Both the position numbers and the translations under genes were made by a program. A DNA stretch of 63,185 bases, filler included, from Octopus bimaculoides (taxonomy: Eukaryota), in the NCBI RefSeq assembly GCF_001194135.2. It is 4 parts of 3 records of this genome, joined end to end, with 100 filler letters (N's around TTAATTAATTAA, not from the genome) between each part and the next. Parts side by side here need not be neighbours in the genome. Positions count along the whole stretch, not along the records: positions 40,747 to 60,273 come from NC_068983.1; positions 60,374 to 63,185 come from NC_068983.1; 2 more parts are not named here. The stretch is one strand, 5' to 3'. Of this stretch, positions 51,990 through 63,185 are shown piece by piece. Every line of letters begins with the position of its first letter. The first letter of the stretch is position 1. The notes under the pieces are model-generated. The model worked only from the letters and a program-made list of their open reading frames with translations, made no database searches and had not been told where the DNA came from.

Positions 51990-53510
51990 ACCTATTTTTT
52001 TCTAGCATGTTGTACTTCTTCCTTTCTCTTCAGTCTTTTCTCTGCTCTCAATACCCCTTCGTTTCTAGCTGACACTGGCAAGATTTCTTTACTTTGCGCT
52101 AGTTGTCTCTTTAAGCTCTCGAGTTCGATACGCACGCAGTCTTTCACACTCAGCATTCCCGTTCCTCCATTTGCTATCTTCATGTATATGTCTGCAATGG
52201 ATGAACGGTTACATGCATCGGTAGGAACTTTCTTGACTTTCTGCCCATCTCATTTAGCGGCTCTTCTGTCCCCTTCAGGATTCCTGCTCCATACCTTTCT
52301 ACTGTAACTGCGCCCGAATTTGTTTTTGAAATCATGTTTCTTACATTTAGCTTTCAAGGCAAGATTTATTTCACCCGCCGAAGGTACTCTCTTTTTGTAT
52401 TTTCCTTCATGCCATGGGGATTGTTTCCATCTACCTCAATAATTCCCAAGAATTCTCACGTATATATGGCTCAATTGAGGTTTAATTGCATTCATCATTT
52501 TACCGTTTGTCAACCATATGCATTCTGCCCAGGTATCATTGCAAGCTTTCCTTCTCTCATCACCACTGTAGGACATTATAAGAATCCAAATTCCATCTTT
52601 ATATCATTGAGTAAAATGCGCACAGACTTGATTAGGCTGTCTAGTTCTGCTTTAGATTTTGTGAATAGCTTCATGTAGTCCATGAATAAAATGTTTAGCC
52701 TTACCTCTTCACAGATCATATCACAACTACGTTTTCTGCAGTAATTTACTCAAGGGTATCATTCCCAGCATGAAATTTAGCGTGGGTACACTGTCCCCCT
52801 TAAAGATTCCTCTCTTGCTATTCAGATCTGCTAATAGTTGCCCCCTTCCTTGTCAATTCTGTTCTCCCGTATTTCATGCTATTCCACAAAAAGGTTTCTC
52901 ATATTTTCTGCTACTTCATACATTTCCATTGTTCTTATTATCCAGGAGTGTGGTATCATATCGTATGCTTCGCGATGGTTATTCCATGCCATTCTCAGGT
53001 TTTATGTCTTCTCTAGCAGTTCTTGATATTTAGATTATCGATTAATAGCTAATCCTTCGTTCCCCAGTTACTTTTTCGGCACCATTTCTGTTCAATAGGT
53101 AGAAGCCTACTTTTCCCCGACTATCTGTACAGTTCACTGGCAAAATTATCTGACGTTAGTTTCCACATTAGCAGAAGGCACGTTATTAGTCTAAACTTGG
53201 ATGCAATATTTCTCTTTTCAGTATCCTTGGCACGTAACTATGTCTTTCCCTTTGTCATCCAGCTGTGTACTCCGCCTTCCTACAAGCTCTCATCCAGTCG
53301 TTGTGCTATCCTTTCATAGAGGCCTTATCTTCTTCACCCCATAAATTTGAACCCCATCCAGTCCTGGGCTCTTCCAATTTATGAATTTTCGTAAGTGCTT
53401 TTTATTATCGTTTCTGCGGTTAATTTGTTTATGCTTTCTTGGACTTCTGTATTTCTTAACTAATCTCGGCTTTCACGCAGCCAATCCTCTTCATCATTAT
53501 GCTCTTCAGG
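51990..53510 (-). mobile_element. R4/Dong-clade RT fragment, heavily decayed
   Basis: NWKSPGLDGVQ, FRLITCLLLMWKL, LLPIEQKWCRK..GTKD, AYDMIPHSWI, RGIFKGD, LFMDYMKLF (52670-52686). Confidence 0.85.
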
Positions 53511-53639
53511 TTGGTCCATGTAGATCATATACCCAACTTGACTACCCGTCTAACGAGGTTACACCAAGGACACTCATCAACATCACATGTGCGTGATGTG
53601 GTGATCTCATATGAAGATAAACAGGGATTGCACATGCAT

Positions 53640-53850
53640 GTGTCGCCCAGGTGGCGTTTTCTTCGGGATAGCAAGCCAACAATATTGACTCATCTTGTTC
53701 AAATCGGTAAAGTGGAAATTTGGATAAGTTGGTTGCACATGAACTCAATGAAAACCAGAAACAGCAACGTTTGGAAGCCTGCATTATGATATTTCTCCTC
53801 ACAAAAACGAATCAATTTTGAATTGATTTGTAACAATTGATGAGAAATGG
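53640..53850 (+). mobile_element. mariner transposase fragment
   Basis: GKV..LDKLVAHELNENQKQQRLEAC...VTIDEKW, matching the WVPHEL and VTxDEKW motifs. Confidence 0.8.
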
Positions 53851-54079
53851 ACGTTCAGCACTATGGCTGAACTAAGATTAAAAATTGTGTTACATACAAA
53901 ATTAAGAGGAACGACCACTGACATGGACGCCTAATATGATAAACATAGACGTCAAATCGCCATTATCACGAAGATTGTCTTCTGAAGAAAAATATCAACA
54001 AAACGCCAAAATGTAAAAATGAGTAAGGCAAATAAGCAGGACATATTAGGTGTTTCTTCAGTACTTCAGGGAGTGACGA

Positions 54080-54520
54080 TCCTACCTGACACGAGTACAG
54101 GGCTCAGCTGGCCCAGGCTTACAGTACCCGGTATGGACCCTATCTAGGCTTACGGAAAGGAGACAACCTTCAAAGAAATGTGGACTGGAGCCCTGTAGTC
54201 GGTTTAGTGTTCGAATCGACACTCTTTCGGCTGCTCCTGCAACCAAGTTGGTGCCAAGGGAAATGATCTGCACGACTTTTGACTACATTAGTAAGGTCGA
54301 GAGAGGAATCCTGACGATCGGGCTACCCAGGATTTTCTTACATCTAGCCCAGGCCTGCGCAAAACTGGAGGACATGAAATGTAAAAACCACACTGGATTA
54401 ATTCATGCGCAACTTCATTGTCTCCCGAGACAAAAGGATCCCAACGACACGTTAATACGCAAGTATCTGCAATATCGTCTGCGTAGTCTGTCGCTTTCAA
54501 AACACATCTTTCCAAAGAGA
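54080..54520 (-). mobile_element. Decayed non-LTR RT fragment (RTE-like)
   Basis: TDYADDIA at about 54470-54490 and AQAWARCKKI downstream. The remainder is unrecognisable. Confidence 0.45.
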
Positions 54521-55472
54521 AGGGATTTGAATAAATACAGCCAAATATAATGCGTAGTATTTAATACATGCTCTATTTCAGTTGAGCGTTCTGTATTTAT
54601 TTCTGGAAATTGTGTTTTGTAAGCGACAGACAACGCTGACGATCTTGAAGATATTTGCGTATTTACATAAGTAAATATTTACAAGTGAAACGATGGTACG
54701 TAGGTATTGTTTTTTTTTAATTACGTATATTTTCATTTGACTTGCTCGTTTTTACATCGTGGCATTTTGCTGATATTTTTCTTGAGAACACACTATTCGC
54801 GGTAATGGCGATCTGACGTCTATGTTTAGCATATTAGGTGTCCACTTTAGTGCACATTTCCCTTAATTGTGTGTGTATATATATATATATATATATNNNN
54901 NNNNNNNNNNNNNNNNNNNNNNNNNNNNNNNNNNNNNNNNNNNNNNNNNNNNNNNNNNNNNNNNNNNNNNNNNNNNNNNNNNNNNNNNNNNNNNNNNNNN
55001 NNNNNNNNNNNNNNNNNNNNNNNNNNNNNNNNNNNNNNNNNNNNNNNNNNNNNNNNNNNNNNNNNNNNNNNNNNNNNNNNNNNNNNNNNNNNNNNNNNNN
55101 NNNNNNNNNNNNNNNNNNNNNNNNNNNNNNNNNNNNNNNNNNNNNNNNNNNNNNNNNNNNNNNNNNNNNNNNNNNNNNNNNNNNNNNNNNNNNNNNNNNN
55201 NNNNNNNNNNNNNNNNNNNNNNNNNNNNNNNNNNNNNNNNNNNNNNNNNNNNNNNNNNNNNNNNNNNNNNNNNNNNNNNNNNNNNNNNNNNNNNNNNNNN
55301 NNNNNNNNNNNNNNNNNNNNNNNNNNNNNNNNNNNNNNNNNNNNNNNNNNNNNNNNNNNNNNNNNNNNNNNNNNNNNNNNNNNNNNNNNNNNNNNNNNNN
55401 NNNNNNNNNNNNNNNNNNNNNNNNNNNNNNNNNNNNNNNNNNNNNNNNNNNNNNNNNNNNNNNNNNNNNNNN

Positions 55473-55514
<42 letters not shown>

Positions 55515-55517
<3 letters not shown>

Positions 55518-55835
55518 TGAGAACCCTTCGTTCATGACTGACCATGGTATTGCACCGAGAAAGTTACCGTCCTAAGTACAAGTCCGGGCAAATTTGTTAA
55601 TGGGAGACCAGCAGTCGCCCATGCATACCGGCCTCCCCTCTCCACTATACCAATGTTAGTCCAAGCTTGGCACCTATGACATCGCAACTCATTTCTACAG
55701 CTGATGGAACTGGAGCAACGTGAAATAATGTGTCTTGCTCAATAACACAACACGCAGCCCGGTGCGGGATTCGAACTCACAACCTCACGATCGTAAGTTC
55801 GACGTTCTAACCACTGAGCCACGCGCCTTCATACA
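55515..55835 (-). mobile_element. tRNA-derived SINE (CORE-like body), near full length
   Basis: Minus strand gives gaaggcgcgtggctcagtggttagaacgtcg...gtgagttcgaatccc...gagcaagacac..tttcacgttgctccagttc. Confidence 0.85.
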
Positions 55836-55969
55836 CACTCACGCGCGCTTATATATATTTACAACGTGTCCCAAAATTCAATGATTGGTTTAAAATGTTT
55901 ATAACTTCCTTAACCTTACTAATAGAAGCTTGTCATTTTGAGAGAAAATATAATGGAAATTAATACGAA

Positions 55970-56119
55970 CATACAATATTTACATTATTTACATTAATTA
56001 TACTTGTCCTCATCTTGCTTGTTGTTAACACAACGTTTCGGTTGATATACCCTCCAACCTACATCAGGTGTCTTGGGGAAATTTTGAAGGTGGGTACTAA
56101 TTCCTAAAGCAGTTTTTGG

Positions 56120-56192
<73 letters not shown>

Positions 56193-56321
56193 CATTAATA
56201 TTATTATTATCACTCTTATTATGGTCACTGCCTGGAATCGAATTCGGAATCGAATTCGGAATCTTGGGGTTTTGTAGCCCACGGTCTTAACCACTATACC
56301 CATGGACATATGGCGTAGCGG
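55970..56321 (-). mobile_element. Second copy of the tRNA head + (AAT)n + hammerhead composite
   Basis: Head at 56223-56306 with a duplicated 12-bp B-box segment, (AAT)n at about 56122-56222, the same linker as the 8.7-kb copy, and a hammerhead at 56027-56072. Confidence 0.75.
56027..56072 (-). ncRNA. Minimal type I hammerhead motif (core A9 to U in this copy)
   Basis: GACAC-CUGAUGu-A-GGUUG(loop)CAACC-GAAAC-GUU-GUGUU. Stem I is GACAC/GUGUU and the palindrome AACGUU is present. Confidence 0.65.
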
Positions 56322-56334
56322 TACATATTCCGCA

Positions 56335-56875
56335 TGACACACTTTGAACTTCAACTCTGTTGTAACATAAGGACTAAATTTTAACTTCCTAGCGCATTTC
56401 TGCTGTTTCCAGCAGTGCTTGGAATTAACATGTGTAGCGTGTTATCGTGGCATTGACCATGACTGAGAAAGTTGCCATAGATATACCTGCTCAGAAGCCT
56501 ACGCAAAGTTGCAGAAAATGTATGGAGAGTAGTGATGAGAGTATGTATGGTGTGTATGAGCCACCCTGAAGTGTAGGTGTGTTTCAGACATTTCCAAATT
56601 AGCAGAAGAAATGTCGATAGTGACGAACATTCTGGGAAACCTGCAGAACGGAGAATAACATCGCAGATATGTATGCATCTGTGAGAGGAATCGTCGAATC
56701 ATCATCCGTGAGTTATCAGAGGATGTGCAGATTAGTTGCGGTTCAGTTCAGACCATTATTACTGAAGATTTAGGTGTGAGACTAGTGCCTGCCAAGTTTA
56801 TGGCAAAACTGTTTTTAAATGACAAAATACACACACGGGTTTCATTTGTGCAAGAACAATGTTTGTGTCGAAAAA
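56335..56875 (+). mobile_element. mariner 5' fragment (HTH region)
   Basis: MTEKV..TCSEAYAKLQKMYG...NRRIIIRELSEDVQISCGSVQTIITEDLGVRLVPAKF. Confidence 0.8.
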
Positions 56876-56879
56876 GATG

Positions 56880-57170
56880 AGAATATTTTAATAAATTTGC
56901 GTAGGCCTCTAAGCAGGTATCGCAAAGCTTTTTGGCAAAATTTAATGCAGATTTTCTGTTCAACTTTCTGTCATGTTCAAAACGACGATCACACAACGTA
57001 CACATTACTTCCAAACACTGCTGTTAAGAGAAGATGCAAGCTAGAACGTTAAAACTTAGCGCCCATGTACAAGATAATTGAAGGGTAATCTGTGCCAAGC
57101 GGCTTTACTCTGCTTATATTAGGTTCGTTACTATGGCAACAGACCTTATACTTATTGCTCAGACCATGTA
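56880..57170 (-). mobile_element. mariner 5' end of the same family, opposite strand, with TIR
   Basis: tacatggtctgagcaataagtat TIR, then ...EQKICIKFCQKLCDTCLEAYANL. Confidence 0.8.
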
Positions 57171-57421
57171 TGTATGTGTTCATGTATACAAACATAAATA
57201 TATACGCGTGTGTGTGTTTGTGCGTGTGTGCATGTTTGTTTAGAGCACAAGAGATGAGTTTGTAAAGGTGAAGAAGCATGAGTCATTTCTGTACAATAAT
57301 GAAATTGGTTGCATCTCCATAAATACCATAGATGTAACCTTTCGAAAGCATCATGTTTCCTTTTTTTATCACGCGATTCCCTTTCAAAATTTTCCAATTA
57401 ACTTGCGTTTGGGGATTGAAA

Positions 57422-57471
<50 letters not shown>

Positions 57472-58619
57472 TATTGTACCAGTTTTTGCTTTCGCTAACA
57501 TTATAGTATTTTATTACTGGTATTCGCGTTAAGTTGTGATTTTTGCAGTTATTAACTTATTTTTATTAAGTTTTAAAATATATAATTTTCTTAGTCAATT
57601 ATTTAAATTTAATCGACTATTTTTTTTCTGTATTATTTTTTCATAATTTCAATAAAATTAAGTATATGGTGTTTTAAATATCGGGTGTTCCCTCCGTGCT
57701 TCCACTAGGGAATAAGTTTTTATTAACAAAATAACAATATTCACATGGGATATGGTTTTAATTTGTAGAAATACCAAAGTTACATTTAAAGGCAACGATT
57801 GGTTCTTACGCAGATTTTCTGTTCGTGCATATTGTCATTTATATTTTCTAATTAAAATTGGTTCACAATTTTGTCAGAAGGCCTGAAATTTCGGGAAAAG
57901 GGTGAAGTTGATAACATCCACGGCTCAGTGGTTAGATTATCACGAGGTAGTGAGTTCACTTCATGGACAGGGCAGTGTGTTTCGTTCTTCAGCATGACAG
58001 TTTATTTTGTGTTTCTCCAGTGTAGAAATGATTTGTGACGTCACCCGTGCAAAACTATTTCGGTCATTGCCTTTCCCTTGGATAACATCGGTGGCGTGGA
58101 GAAGAGAGGCTTGTATTCTGGTCTTCGATAGATAAGCTTCGACGAAGGCGTTATTACTTTTCTAGTAGTAAGGATGAAAGTCAAATTCAACCCTGGCGTA
58201 TTTGGATTTAGTGCAAAAAGACGGACGAAATATTGCTTATCATTTAGTCCGTCGTGCAAACGGTTCTCCTAGCTCGCAGATTGACTCTATAAGAATTATT
58301 GATTTTGACACAAGGCCAGCAATTTGGACACTGTAGATACGTCAATAACATTGATACCAATGCCGAACTGATACTTATTTCATCGACCCCGAATGAATGC
58401 CAATGACGGCCTCAGCAGAATACGAACTCAGAAATTAAGGATGGAGGAAGTGTTGTTATGCATTTTTCCCAGCGTGCAAAGAATTCTACCAGCTCGACTG
58501 TTTTTATATAAGAAATATTGATTTAAAATGTTGGCACACAACTAGAAATTTCGTTGAAGATGCTAAGTCAACTAGAGACAGTCGAAAAAAAAACAGTCGA
58601 AGAGAGACTGTCAAGTGGA

Positions 58620-59200
58620 ATGGCAACTAATAGCAGAGCTACGTAACTTCGTAACAGAAAACCTAATCACTGTTTATAGAAGAGAAATATATAAGAGAGG
58701 AAAAAGAGAAAGGCCAAAAGCGTGGAACTTCCATTTCCAACCACTTCAACTTTAGCAAGAATCTGCATGGTGACGATGTTAATGGCAGTCTGAAGAGTTC
58801 AGTAGAAGAAATAAACAAGTTTATACTCAACATATGGGTTACACATGGCTTCAACGACAGAGTCTGATATGAGTGAACCAAGCTAAATCAAAGTCCAGGA
58901 TGTTAAGACTACAAGGTCAGCTTCAGGTCCCAGTGGAGCTCCATAAGGTATCTATAAAAGTTGCTCAAGCCTCCTGCAACAACTGTGCAATATACTAAAA
59001 GTAATCTGGTGAATGGTGGGAGGAGGTGTTTCCAAATATATAAAGGTCGCTGAAGGTTTTCGGATCTCGTCAGTTAAGAAATCAGTACAGGGATATGGGA
59101 TTGCTAAATCACCGGGACGAGGCTGCTCAAAGCAAACAGGTGTAGAAACTCAGCTGTCATGAGGAGCGAAGAGAGATAAGGGAGAACTAATTATTTTTAG
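58620..59200 (+). mobile_element. Hero/NeSL-like RLE retrotransposon fragment
   Basis: KRGTSISNHFNFSKNLHG..GSLKSSVEEINKFI, then KTTRSASGPSGAP*GIYKSCSSLLQQLCNILKVIW, matching from memory the APGPSGVPYKVYK.CP.LL..LW..L.VIW stretch of this group. Confidence 0.65.
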
Positions 59201-59383
59201 CTGAGCATCTGAAGTGCAACATAAGCTAGAAGAGGATTAGTTTCAATCACACCATGATCCCAAGCAGATCCACGATCGCATTTTTGTAAGTTACTGCAAC
59301 ATCCACACGAGATAATATTCGTATATATGATCGTTTATATACATATCAAGTACTTGAGATGAGCAAGAAAGAAAAAAACAACA

Positions 59384-59900
59384 CAGTGCAATAGGTGAAG
59401 ATGTATTAAACGAATATGAAAAAAATGTGCGCTGGTGCACGGGGACAGCGGCACAGAAGACTCGAAAGATTCACATCGGGAGTGTTCCGAGTTCTCTCAC
59501 CATATCGCCGTCTGTCAGCGAAAATATTTTCCCTCATATTTTGTTTGCTACACATTATTTTACAGCTAGTATACTATTTTTGTTTTTTTAGTGACGGGGT
59601 GGTGATGCGGAATTGGATAATTCACACGATCCAGTTACCCCACTTCGACACCCGGTCACAAAAATGAAAAAAAAAAAAAAACAGTGTAATCGGTATAAAA
59701 CATGTAGTAAAGGAATATGAAAAAAATGCACGCTAGCGAATGGGCGTGAAAACGACTTGCAAAATTCAGAAATTGACCTTCAAACTCCAGTGTTTGACCC
59801 TTTGAATTTTCCGAGTCTTCTACCCCGCTCCGCGTTAGCAAGCGCGCATTTTTCGTATTCATATTCGTTTACTACATGTTGTTGTACACCCATTGCACTA
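59384..59900. repeat. Inverted-repeat element (about 90-bp arms) with an internal third partial arm
   Basis: cagtgcaataggtg..gtattaaacgaatatgaaaaaaatgtgcgct..agaagactcg pairs with 59800-59900. A direct partial copy lies at about 59680-59745. Confidence 0.7.
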
Positions 59901-60162
59901 TTTATGTTTTTGTTTTAGTTTGACCATAGAGCCTCCTATGTAGCTAAAACAGATCATGCCTCTCAAAGAATGGATGTCCTCACTTCATTTTTTATCTTGT
60001 CATTTGCATTTTTATCTTTTCCTTTCTTCAATCATTAAGCACATACATACTAGGGCACCGCCTTTCTGGACCAGTGATTTTATAAAATCTGGTATTTTTT
60101 CTATCGGTCACGTTGCCTAACTGCAGCGCAACAGGGACGTAAAGATAGCATTACAGTTCAGT

Positions 60163-60207
<45 letters not shown>

Positions 60208-60273
60208 AGACACAGACACACACACACACACACAGACACACAGACACACACACACACACGCACACGTACACAC

Positions 60274-60373
60274 NNNNNNNNNNNNNNNNNNNNNNNNNNN
60301 NNNNNNNNNNNNNNNNNTTAATTAATTAANNNNNNNNNNNNNNNNNNNNNNNNNNNNNNNNNNNNNNNNNNNN
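60274..60373. other. Artificial 100-bp scaffold spacer
   Basis: 44 N + TTAATTAATTAA + 44 N. Confidence 0.92.
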
Positions 60374-60849
60374 CCCTCCGGTTTTTGTTCTATGTGTGCC
60401 ATAGATATCGCCATCCACTTTAGAGAAAATTTGTAGTTTGGAATCAGTAGTTCTTTGACTGCTATTTCTAAATTTTCAGTATGTTGGAGAAGCAACTCAA
60501 TTGCTAATCCCTGTATATTTATAATGATAAATAGTCTTACCGATAAAGGTTTTTTTCATACTGAACTACTTGGCAGAATTGTTAATTATTAATTCTATTA
60601 TTAATTGACGATTCTCTGCCCTTATTCTTGTATATATATATATATATATATTCGATATGTAAACGTTTAATAGAGAGTCCTCGATATTATGGATAACTTG
60701 TGAACACTTCGTAGACAATATAGTTATTCACTTATGTGAGCCAGTGTAAGTCTAAATGCACCGAAAAATAATACAGTTTATATCACCAGACATTAAATAG
60801 AATACTTAATAAAATCTTCCAACGCAGAGTTTCTCTTTCATACTGTTTT

Positions 60850-62200
60850 CACTGATTAGGGATATTAAATTCAAAAAATAATAATGACTTCCTGATGAAA
60901 CTAAACACTGATCCATGGGAAATAATAACTCTAGAAAATTATTTATTCAACCTGACAAAATAAAGATGTCTTTATGAAATTAACCACATACCACCTAAGT
61001 GTGTCTACTTTCATCATGTATACTTATAGCAAACCAAATTTGTACACTCCGAACGAGATCAAAATTCAGAACCAGATTATTAACTTAGATTCAGATGTAG
61101 ATAACAGAACAGAGCCGCTTACTTTTATACAGTCATATTCTAAATCTAAGGATCACAAAGAAAAAAAGGATGATAAATCCACAAATAAATGATTGAGGTG
61201 TTATCAGTAAACATATAATAAATAATTTTACAACTAAAATGATAAAAGCATCGCCAATACTCTGATAAATTAAATCATTTGCTGTTCTAGAATGTTTTAG
61301 AATGATATAGCTGTCTTCCTCCAATAAAACACTGAATTTCTACATCTCTACATATCATTAATCCCTAAATCATTATGCAGAAATTCGTTAATTTTGCTAA
61401 AAGAATTAGAAATACTACGGTCGATGACATTAGAATTATATTACACGCAAAAAAAGCTATACTGAGAAATAATCAATCTGTTCAGATTTTTAAATGATTA
61501 GGCCATTTTAAAATCTCCAACGCAACTTTTGATATCTGTGTGGGCGTCAAAGATTCTGCTGAAATTAGTAATCTCAAAACTATGCTAACTAACCAACTAA
61601 ACTGAAGAAGGATTTTATAGAGATGGCAACCTCTTTTCAGGTAATGCTAATCCACAAGATCCGCAAGAAATTGATAAATTCGGAAAATACACAACACAAT
61701 CTGTTCTTCAAAAGTTATTAACTACAAATAACTAAAAACATTAACCTTACCTCTAGTGATTTATACTGCAATTCAAATGAAGCATTAAACTATATACACT
61801 GGCTATCTTACAATCCAAATATCATTATTAATGGCTTAGCCCAGATCATCTCTCTTAGGCTTTCCAAATTAACCGCCAATAAAGTTGTTGTTTTTTTTTT
61901 ACCTTAGTTAAATAATATTACACTCATTCAAAAATATGAATTCAAAAACAATCATGTACAAGGAAGACAACTCTAGATAAATAACCCGCAGGAACAAAAA
62001 AAGAAATGTCATTTGGTATAACCCTCTTTTTCAGTTTACCTGTAAAATCCTAATACCTCACAATTTCTTTACCTTATCCAGACACACCGAATATTACAAA
62101 ATCTTCAATAAAAACATCATTAAAACTTCTTGTACTTTGCCTCATCTAAACTATAGTTTCTTGTCTCATCTAAACTAGTTCCTTACCTCATCTAAACTAT
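60850..62200 (+). mobile_element. Penelope-like element RT relic
   Basis: KLFIQPDK, KDHKE..RMINP (61145-61185), FDICVGVKDSAEISNL (61528-61576; FDVTMGSxDGAE motif), GFYRDG, RNVIWYNP (62002), YKIFNKNIIK (62095). Many stops. Confidence 0.85.
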
Positions 62201-62764
62201 CTAAATTAAACCAAATCACAACTAACCGATGACCCCTAATTCCAATTGTACAATTTAATTTCTTTTTAAATATTAGTTGTTTATATAAAATGTAATATAA
62301 ATTCACAGCATACAAACTAATGATCCTACTAAAGCATACATTTGCTTCATTTCGAACCCATTTACATTACGATTTAACCAGCATACAGTTACAGGTGCAA
62401 AGACATCTCAATAATGGAAATAGAAAAACCTGCGCTTTATGAACTACTGACGGCTGTGTTTTCGTTTTATAGAGCATTCATCTTCAATTGACATTCAGAA
62501 CAAATTTCTTATCGACGACGTAAAATGTAAAAAATAGCTTAAAATATTTTACTGATCTTAATCCTCTTCCGTTTACATTAGGATATACTATTCTACTAAC
62601 GATTAAATATTGACCTCTATATTGAATGACCACCCACCTTCTACACCAAACCAGTATATCTCCAAATGATTCCCTTGTGTTCATCCACTCAAAAGTTTGT
62701 CAGACATATTTTAATAATTTAGATTCACATTGCACCATTAACATTCATTTCCTAATATATTTTA

Positions 62765-62915
62765 TGTCGTTTACGTTCTGAGTTCAAATTCCGCCGCGGT
62801 CGACTTTGCCTTTTATCATTTCGAGGTCGACAAATTAAGTACCAGTTACGTACTGGATCGATCTAATCGACTGGACCCCTCCCAAAAAATTTCGGGCCTT
62901 GAGTCTAGAGAAGAA
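62765..62915 (+). mobile_element. tRNA-derived SINE, Nin/Deu-domain-like family
   Basis: gagttcaaattccgccgcggtcgactttgcc...ggtcgacaaattaagtaccag. Confidence 0.8.
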
Positions 62916-63185
62916 AATAATATATTTTATGTCGTGATTTGCTTTTATATATTATACACTTATAGTTTATTCATAATGTCTTAAATTCTCTCTAAGTATA
63001 TTTTTACGCTCTATAAATGTTATCCTTATGTCTTTTCTTATTATTCCATATTTTTGTGTGTCTGTCTGAAAATGAATCTGTCCGAATGCGAGCATACTTG
63101 AATATGTTAACACTGATACCCTCCCGTTAAACGAAGACTAACACCTCCTAATCATCTCACCTTTAATTCTCTACCTCCCATATAT

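Noticed and set aside
53520-53570. ACCTCGT as an HDV-like L3 loop
   Set aside because: The homologous position at 48.24 kb reads acccctat, so the loop is not conserved, and P1/P2 could not be assigned.
60888-60910. CTGATGA at the start of the Penelope relic
   Set aside because: No stem II or downstream GAAAC; it falls within the decayed coding region.

Overview
AT-rich, repeat-saturated eukaryotic DNA from a short-read assembly, with many N gaps that almost all abut (AT)n, (CT)n or (CA)n microsatellites. The SINE repertoire looks like what I recall of Octopus/cephalopod repeats; this is an inference and cannot be confirmed here. Three identical 100-bp spacers (44 N + TTAATTAATTAA + 44 N) split the window into four separately assembled pieces: A 1-18620, B 18721-40646, C 40747-60273, D 60374-63185. 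No complete protein-coding gene is supported, only a few isolated candidate exons. Nearly all long ORFs in the track are microsatellite or N artefacts, or decayed transposon ORFs. Recognisable elements include mariner relics, pogo/piggyBac/hAT-type MITEs, RTE, CR1/L2-like, R4/Dong, Hero-like and Penelope retroelement fragments, and several tRNA-derived SINE families. The most interesting signal is a set of minimal, Penelope-type hammerhead ribozyme motifs from three sequence families. One family is fused behind a tRNA-derived Pol III head and an (AAT)n linker in two independent loci (8108-8945, with a 13-bp target-site duplication, and 55970-56321), suggesting a ribozyme-bearing SINE mobilised by Penelope machinery. 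Piece A is CpG-depleted relative to B-D, consistent with a methylated gene body. Element boundaries without an identified TIR or TSD are approximate.
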